NCBI GenBank assembly: GCA_965240325.2
Contig: OZ251227.1
Location: 1,612,001-1,676,000 of the forward strand
Direction: 5' to 3'
Length of the DNA: 64,000 nt
DNA from: Rebecca billardiae RCC1528
Lineage: Eukaryota > Protista > Haptophyta
Shown: positions 56,201 to 64,000 of the stretch, piece by piece
How the letters are laid out: every line of letters begins with the position of its first letter
Position numbering within the stretch: the stretch's first letter is position 1
Program-made: the position numbers and the translations under genes
Notes under the pieces: generated by a model
Database searches by the model: none
Seen by the model: only the letters and a program-made list of their open reading frames with translations
What the model was told of the DNA's origin: nothing

Positions 56201-56760
56201 TGCCGCTCGTGCACGCGCGCAAGTCACTCGACTCATTCGTCCGCGAGTACGCCGAGGGGAAGAAGTCGACGGCGGAGCCGCACATCTCGACGGTCGCGCA
56301 GCTCGTGCGCCGCGTGTCGCTTGCGACGTGGGCAGAGGAGTTCGGCGACAAGGTGCGGCGGCTCTGGCTGAAGAAGTACGCCAAGCGGCAGCGCGAATGG
56401 CAGCGCAGGGCGGAGACCGACGCGATCGACCTGATCGCGGAGTGCATGACGGCGCGCAAGCTCCTGCGCGAGGAGGCTGGGCTTCCGGAGAAGGAGTTTT
56501 CGGCACTCAGGAGCAAATTGATGGCGGCGCGCTCGCCGGACCGCTCGGTGACGGTGATTTACGACGCGGATGTCGCGCGCGACGGTAGCGGGGCTGGGTA
56601 GCGGCAATCAGGCAGCTGACGGTGCGGGCATGCAGGGGGGACCAGCCGCGCGCGCGCGCCGCCCCCTAGGGGCGCGCGCGCAGCGCATAGTAATTTTTCG
56701 AAAATTAATCTGGCCGCTGGACACGCTAACGGCCGCTTTAAAAAAGAAGTCGTTGCTGTG
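53209..56760 (+). mobile_element. CAC..GTG TIR element (CMC/EnSpm-like) nested in E4
   Basis: CACAGCAACGA(T/C)TTCTTTTTTAAAGCGGCCGTTA inverted repeat; GA on both flanks (53207-53208, 56761-56762). Confidence 0.85.
53765..56601 (+). pseudogene. Decayed ORF with central Gly/Ala repeat expansion (~54640-55960)
   Basis: Coding-like segments (MATAVLTVGKGKR..., HEMLKLRARE..., FVQVTKRAMPLV...) broken by in-frame stops and frameshifts. Confidence 0.55.
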
Positions 56761-56984
56761 GACTCGGGCTATCGGCGACAGACCCGCTCACGGCCCGCCG
56801 GCCCGGCCCCGGTCGGCGGCAACCCGCGCGGCAACTGAGTTGGCAGCTCAGGCGAACTGTTACACATGCCAGACTGAGACAGCAGCCGACGGAGGGTGCA
56901 CCGCGGGCCTCTAACTACGTTGGTTCTACGGAAGGACCGCGGAACGCGGTCATTATGACTTAGTTAGAGATGACGAATGCCATG

Positions 56985-56987
<3 letters not shown>

Positions 56988-57047
<60 letters not shown>

Positions 57048-57050
57048 AGA

Positions 57051-57099
<49 letters not shown>
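56988..57099. repeat. (GA)n directly followed by (CT)n, forming a palindrome
   Basis: GA run, central CAGAGTACTCTC, then CT run. Confidence 0.95.
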
Positions 57100-57104
<5 letters not shown>

Positions 57105-57147
57105 ATTATTAAGTCTATAGCGTAGTCATCATCTCTGATGTCAATAA

Positions 57148-60100
57148 TGACCGCGTTCCGCGGTCCTTCCGTAGAACCAACGTAGTTAGGGGCCCGCGGT
57201 GCAACCTCCGTCGGCTGCTGTCGATCAGTCTGACACTCTGACTGACATGGCGGGCCGAGGACTGTCGCCGCGGGCCGCGCGGCGGGAAGCGCGGCCGCCG
57301 GGGCGGCGCGCGCGCGCAGGGCGAGAGGCGCCGCGCGGCGCGGGCCGGCGCGGGCGGGCGTGCGGGCGCACCTGCTTGAGGTGCTCGCGCTGCGCCATGC
57401 GCTCGACGACGGGCCGCTGGTCGCTCAGCCGGCGCGCTTCGTGCCCGGGCAGAGCGAGAGCGCGCGCCACTCGGCCAGCGGGCACTGCTGGCCCCGCGGC
57501 CCCGGTGCGCTGCGCAGCCGCGCACCGATCGCCAGAGGCGAGACCGAGCGGGAGCTCGGAGTGGAACGAGGCGAGCGGCGCGTCGCGCCTGCCGCCGCGC
57601 GTGCGCGCCTGCTCCACCGCGCCGCGCCGTGCTCGCCCGCCGCCTCCTCGTCCGCCGGCGTCGGCCTCGAACGGATATCCCGCTGCGATCCTATCCCATA
57701 GGATTCAATCCTATGGCATAGGATGGCCCCAGGGACGACTCAGCAGACGACATTTTCTCATGTTGCCGAATGGTACGACTGCACCTAGGGGTCGGTAGCA
57801 GTGTCGCCACCATCCGCCAGAGCGAGCTTGTTGTGATTTTCGACCACCACCGCATGTTTTGGGCTCCACGGATGGAGCGCGTGAAGCCGTCGCGGTCGCT
57901 GCCGCCTTGCGACTCCACGGCGGCAACGCCGACCGACATGTGGCACTTGTAGATGACACCCAGCTTGATGCTCACACATCGTGGTTCACTGTGTTCGACC
58001 GGAGCCGTACGAGGTTCATCCACAATGCGTTTTGGTCCTCGCCAAGCATGGCATTGTACGTCACGCCGGGGCTGCGCGCGCAAGCCGCTGCGGGTCGCTC
58101 GCGTCGTCAGGTGGTTGCGATCGAGCATCGGCGCGCATGTAGAGCAAGCCTCGGAGGTAGCCGGAACATCTTGCCATGCCGCGTGCGTGGATGGTATCGC
58201 ACCTGTAGACACGCCATGCGTGTGCCGCAGTCGATTTACGCGACGCTCGACCCGCACGCTCTTGGATTCGTGGGCTCGTGGTCCACAAGGACGGCCGCCA
58301 CCATCGTGGGAGGTCCGTGGCCGCACGCACGATGGCGGTTGCCCTCTCTTCGCCCCGCCCCAGAATCGGTGTGCCACGGGCAGCAACGCGCCTGGCGGCG
58401 TGGGCGGCGGTGCGGGCGGCAGCGCGGGCATCCGGTGCGAGCACCCGCCGGCGCCGTCCGTGCCCAGGGTCGCCGCTCGGCTGCCAGGGGCGAGCAACTG
58501 ACGCTGTCATGCCGATCCTATGTAGCCGTCCCTGGCGCGGATCCTATGGCATAGGATCGCGCGCGCGCGCGCGGTCGCGCGCGCGCGCGCGCGCGACCGC
58601 CGTGGCAGTGGCGGCAGGCGGAGATGGTGTGTGTCGACAGCCGGTGGAGTTGTGTGTACGATATAGCAACACCGATGATCGTATGCGCAAAATTGAGCCG
58701 CTGGCGCTCTGGTGAACTCATCCTATGCCATAGGATCAGATCCTATCTGTTGCACTTGCAGTGGGATATCCGCGAAGCCACGCAGCGGCGGCGGCCAGCG
58801 CGGCAGGCCGTGACAATCGGCAGCCCGTGGCCGTGCGTGCTCGCCGAGTTGCTGCTGCTGCACCTCCGGCGCGGTCGACGACCGAGTTGAGGAGGAGCTC
58901 GCGCTCGGCGTCGAGGAGCTGAGCTCGCGAGCTCGAGCTCGCCCTTCAGCCGCACTACTAGCTCCGGAGTCCGGGCGGCATCCGGCTCATCTCCGCTGCG
59001 CCTGCGGCGTGCCGTCGCGGCACGCTCCCGTCCTCATTCCTCAAGCGACGAGCTCGCGTAGTGCTCCGGACTCGGCTCGCCCTTCGCTCCTCCTCGAGCG
59101 ACGAACGCGCCTGCGGGTAGGTTGTTGGGCGCGCGCCGACTCGGCGTGACTCGGCCTGACGCGGCCCGGCGAGACGACACGGACCGGTGGGCGCGCTCGG
59201 TGAGAGCGGAGTGCGAGGGCCGGGCGAGACGGAGTAGACGCGGGGCCTGCGAGGCGACAGGCGCGCTCGGGGAGAGCAGAGTGCGAGGGCGAGAGGCAGC
59301 GGCCGGCCGGCCTCCGCCACCACCTCGCGCACCGCGGCGTACTGCGGCGGCACGCGCACGCACGCGGTCCCGGCGGTCCGAGTCAAGGGCTCCGCAGTTC
59401 CACGCGTCGCGGTCGCGCCGGCGTCACCGGCGCCGGAGTCGTCAAGGGCCTTGCCCCAAGTGCAATTTCGTCTGCGTGCTGTATTCGTATCACGAATACC
59501 CTACTATGGGGGTACGGAGTGATCATCTTTTCATCTGCAGTGCGCCCTTATGGGGGTACGGAGTGATCATCTTTTCATCTGCACTAGTGCGCCCTCTAAT
59601 CTCGCCTGCCTGAGCTGTGTGCGTCTCTTATTCTTAGTAAACTGTAGCTAGTGGCTTCCGCGGGAACCATGTCCATTTACGACCATGCACGTTCAACCGT
59701 ATCGTCGGAAGATTGAACGGGAACCCCCTTGGTAGAATACCCTGCTACTGTAGGACCCCCGTGCACATGCACTTTTAAAAAACACGTCCGGCCCTGGGTC
59801 CGGTTGGTCCCGGGCTGGCGACCAAGTTTTGTTCCGTATGAATATTTACAACAAATCGCAGCTAGATATTCGTTCACTACCCAGATATACTGACAAAGGC
59901 ACGTCCAGCGGTTACGTATTACTCACGTCCGTCCGTAGATACGGAATTGGAGTGGGCGCGGCTATTTCGTCAATGCGTCTGGCTAATGCAGAGCAATGGG
60001 CCAAGGTACCCCTCAAAAAAGCGAAAACTCACCCTCCGACAGCCCTCAAAATCGTCCCCCGTCCCCTTTTCTTTGATCAAAAGATCTTTTTGATAACGTA

Positions 60101-60155
60101 GTGAGGGCCCCCGGCGGGGCTCCACGCTACGCGCTCCGCCCTACACCGCGGGCCA
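57148..60155 (-). mobile_element. Asymmetric-end element copy E5
   Basis: TAA|TGACCGCG...CCGCGGGCCA|TAA; the right ~180 bp is the reverse complement of the E4 5' end. Confidence 0.85.
57672..58772. mobile_element. 1.1-kb TIR element, copy 2 (TSD CGAA), nested in E5
   Basis: CGAA|CGGATATCCC...GGGATATCCG|CGAA. Confidence 0.92.
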
Positions 60156-60179
60156 TAATCTCAATGTCTGAAGTCAGAA

Positions 60180-63100
60180 TCAGTCGTCATCAGAGTCAAT
60201 GGCTGCGCGCCCTCGCGCGCCCTCCGGTGGCCTCGGGAACCAGACGACCTCCTTGTCAGCCTTCAGGCTGTTCGAGCCGAGCACGTCGTGCTCCCAGTGC
60301 ACAGTGATCGGCTGCATCATCATCCATGATGCTCGGCGGCCGGCGCGGCATGACACGCATCCCTCATCGAGCGACCTGCGGCGCTGCCGCAGCACGCGCT
60401 TGCCGTCGCGCAGGCCGCCGCCGGGCAGCACGACGCCCGGATCCTTTTGCGGCATCCGCTTCATGCAGTAGCCGTTGCACACCGGCCACGCGTACGCGCC
60501 AGCCGGGCGAGAGGACGAGCCCGTTGGAGGGGTCCTGCTGCGCGGCTCCGCCGAGCGCGGGCGCACGCGCTCCTTGGGCACTGCCAGCGACCCGTCGTGC
60601 CGCTTGGATGCGGCCGGCGGTCCCCCGACACGAGAAGGCCCAACCCATGCGCCAGTGCGAGTCCAGTTGGCCTCAGATGCGCCCGTCGTCGGGATCGCCC
60701 TCGCGCCACCGGGCACGAGCTTGATGTGCCTCGATGGGGGCGTCGGCGGCTTCGGCAGCGGCCCATACATCACGCCTTCCGCCACTCCGTCGCCCTCCTG
60801 CATGCTCGCGCCCGCGTCGGCGCCCGCCGCGTGCGCAGCCACTGATGGCGACCGCGTGGGCACACCTGATGCAGTGCTAGCCGCTGCGCGTGCTGCCGAG
60901 CCTGCAAGGCCGCCGCCCTGTGAAGAGCCAGAGGCTTTGGCCCCTGCACCGCCGGCATTTGCGGCTGCGGCTGCGGCTGCGGCTGCGGCTGCGGCTGCGG
61001 CTGCGGCGGCCGCGGCCGCGGCCGAGCCAGCGCCCTCGCCCACGCCCGCGCCTAGGCCAGCGGCCGCGGCCGCGCCCGTAGCCGCGCGCGCGCCTGCGCC
61101 CGCGCCCGCGCCAGTGCTTGCGCCAGTGCCTGTGCCAGCTTCCGCGCCAGCTCCCGCGCCAGCGCCAGCGCCAGCGCCAGCGCCTGTGGCAGCGCCCGCG
61201 CCTGTGCCTGCGCCCGCGCCCGCGGCAGCGCCCGTGCGCGCACCAGCGTCTGCGCCCGTAGCCGCGCCCGCGCGTGCGCCCGCGCCGGCGCCCGCGCCCG
61301 CGCCAGCGCCCGCGCTCGCGCCCGCGCCCGCGCCCGATGCAGCTGGTTCGGCGCAGTCCAGGCAGTGCAGCCCCTCGCCGAGCGAGTCGACGTATGCGCT
61401 CGCGCAGCGCGAGCAGACGAGCACGCCGTCTGCGCTGCGCCGCGTCTGCCTCCGCGTGAGCTCGCGGCCGCACCAGCTGCACGGCAGCCTCCCGTTGGGG
61501 CAGTCGGCGCACGCGTGCTCCTCCGCGTACGCGCGCGGGATGGCGGCGCCGCAGGCCAGCGGGCACTTGACGGGCACGCGCGCGCACTCCCTCTGGTGCT
61601 GTGCGAGCTCCTCGCGCGGGATCTGGCGTCCGCAGCCGGGGTCGCAGCCGACCGGCCTGCGGGCGCACATCTCAAGGTGCGGCGGCAGCTGGAAGTACTG
61701 CATCTGCTGCTTGCACCACTGGCACTCGCACGGCCGGTTCGGGCACACGTCGTAGTGGCCGGCCTCGTCGTCCTCGATGAGCTGCGCCGAGCACTCCCAC
61801 TTGCACGGCAGGTAGCAGTGCGAGCGGTGCGGCTCGCGCTCGCACCAACGGATGCGCTGCTGGCACCGCTTGCACTCGTGCGGCCGGTGCGTGCACGTGC
61901 GCGCGTGGTTGCTGAACTCCATGCGCGGCACGCGCGCGCCGCAGCCGAACGTGCACTCGAGCCGGAAGCGCGGGCAGCGCTTCTCGTGCATCAGCAGGTC
62001 GCGGCGGCGCACGCTCGCGCGGCAGCCGTGCGGGCACTCGAGCAGTGCAAGAGGGCACGTGCGCAGGTGCGCGTCCATCTCCGAGCGGAAGATGTCCTTC
62101 TGGCACCCGTTGGGGCAGGGCACCAGCCCGTGCGGGCACACGGGCTCGTGCTCCGCCATCGCGCGCGGGTTGAGCAGCTCGGTGCAGCCGCGCGCCTTGT
62201 TGGTGCACGCGTACAGCGCCTTTTGGCCTGTTGTCCAGCGCAGCCGGCGCTCGGGGCACCACACGCCCGGGTGGAAGGCGCAGAGCTTGGCCGCGGGCAT
62301 GTCGCACATCGTGCACACCGCCTCGCGCCGAACCACCGCGCCGAACTGCTCCGCGCCGCACATCTCGCACTGCTCCGCGCCCGGCCACAGCTTGAAGTCG
62401 CACTGCTCGCACGGCCGCAGGCCCGGGAGCACGTGTCCGCCCTTGCGGCAGCCGGTCGGCTGGTGCCGCTCGCGCGCCTCGGCGTCGGTGTGCTCGCCGT
62501 ACTGCGCCGCGGAAGGCAGCGGGCGCGGGCGCGCGCGCGCGCGCGGTGTGCGCACGTCTGAGCGATGCGCGCGCAGCTCTCGCCTCACGCGCGCAAACGG
62601 CAAAGCTCGGCACGCGCGCGCTCACGCGCGCAGCGCAGCAGCGGGCGCGGGCGGTGTGGGGCGGTGTGGATGGCGCGCACATAGTCGTAGATGGTGCCCT
62701 CGTACCCGGCGCTGCCGCAGCAGTCCCACTGCACGGCGCCCCACTTGGTGGTCTTCACCGCGCCCGGGTGGTATTGGCACGCGCCGAACCGCGACTGGTC
62801 GTCCCGGTGCACCCACACGCCGCACTGCGTGCACTGCATCTGGCCGGTCGAGTGCTCCGTGTTTGCCTTGCAGCCGACGTGCCGCGGGTCGATCGACTTG
62901 CAGCACGTGTACAAGCCCTTCACCGTGTCCGGCGCGTGCACGCTCACGTCCGTCGAGCCCCGGCGCGAGTCGACGTTGTCCGACACCCTGCGCGCACGGT
63001 GCGGCGCGGTGGGCGGCGGGCGCGAGGGGGGTCTCAGCGTGCACGCGGGAGCGAGGCGCGCGCGCGCGGGCCACAGCTGCGCACGGCGCTGCGCGGCACG

Positions 63101-63995
63101 GCGCGGCCACGCGCGCGCACCACTTCCGGAACGAGCCGCGCGCGGAGACGCCGTCCTCGGCGAGTGGCGCGGCCAGCGGCGGCGTGGTCGCGCGCGCCGG
63201 TCCCGTCGGCGCCGACTCGGCGCCGAGCTTGAGCGAGAGGCCGTCCCCGACACGCCCCTCCTGGTCAGCAGACACCAGCACAAACTTGCCCACGCCGCGC
63301 GAGGCTGAGCCGCGCTCGGCCTCGGCGGGCTGAAGGCGGCGCGGTGGGGGCGATGGCGACGGGGAGCGGGAGGTCCGGCGCGAGGAGAGCTTGGACGACG
63401 CGGCGGAGCGCCCCGGCGGCTCGGGCATGAGGACTGACGTGCGCCGGGACGAGAGGCTGCTCGGCGAGGCGGAGGCCAGCCCCTCGCGCGCCTCCGCCGA
63501 GCCGCGCCGGCTGCGCGGCGGCGTGGACGGCTGGCTGGGCTGGAAGCTCCGCTTGTAGCTGGCCGGGTCGCTGGCGGCCCAGACGGGGATGTAGCCGCCT
63601 CCGTCGCTGGGCGAGGCGGCGGGCTCGTTGTCCTCGTCGCGCACCGACAGCGACGACGCGTTCTCCACGCTCCCGGCGGCGGACGAGGGCCGGCCCGCCC
63701 GCAGCGCCGCGCTCGGCGAGTGCGCGCGCACGGCGCTGGTGGTGCTCGCGTTCGAGCTGCGGCGGCTGCGGTTGTTGAAGCTGCCGCCGGGGCTGCTGGC
63801 GTTCGAGACACGGCGGACGCGCTCGAGCGTGGGCCCAGCCGAGAGCCGAGCGGCGCGCTTGGACTGCGCGTCCGGCGGCGTCAGCGCGCCGCGCGGCGAG
63901 TTCGCCTCAGACCTCGGCTCCGAGCCTGGCGGCAAGATCTTGGGCGGCGACGAGAGGACGGCGAGCTTGTTGAACGGGGCGGAGCCGCGCTCCAT
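60180..63995 (-). CDS. Multi-zinc-finger protein (tandem TRAF-type fingers plus YHPG..WDCC motif); introns ~62502-62680 and 62988-63120
   Basis: Repeated HxxxCPxxxxxCPxGC units; spliced junctions FRKW/VSDN and TIYDY/YGEH keep frame. The start may be ATG 63995 or lie further upstream. Confidence 0.8.
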
Positions 63996-64000
63996 CGACT

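Larger units (their letters stand above)
49940..56952 (+). mobile_element. Asymmetric-end element copy E4 (7 kb including a nested element)
   Basis: TTA|TGGCCCGCGGTGCA...GGACCGCGGAACGCGGTCA|TTA. Confidence 0.85.

Noticed and set aside
49940-56952. Autonomous element encoding Fanzor/TnpB, RepHel or a DDE transposase
   Set aside because: No RuvC, HUH, PIF1 helicase or DDE motifs recognised in any frame; half the length is a nested element.

Overview
GC-rich eukaryotic nuclear DNA with short GT-AG introns (donors typically GTGCGC), flagellar, Polycomb and complex-plastid-type genes. This fits a haptophyte-like alga, which is an inference. About 19 host genes are arranged mostly as tight head-to-head pairs, and the tail-to-tail gaps are filled with transposons and tandem repeats. 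The main finding is a ~10 kb pterin/folate-paralogue cluster (27.2-37.2 kb): HlyIII/PAQR, an intact GTP cyclohydrolase I divergently paired with a Reeler-like/cytochrome b561 gene, an HPPK-DHPS fusion and a stand-alone DHFR. The DHPS keeps its pterin-binding residues but has replaced its pABA-binding residues, the HPPK domain is degenerate, and the DHFR lacks the glutamate-binding RPLxxR motif. Together these suggest a repurposed pterin pathway rather than ordinary folate synthesis. The second finding is five copies of a non-autonomous element with Helitron2/Helentron-like ends and different cargo, plus several nested TIR elements with readable target duplications. No rRNA, tRNA, CRISPR array or intact transposase was recognised. 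Coordinates were counted by hand and may be off by a few bases.
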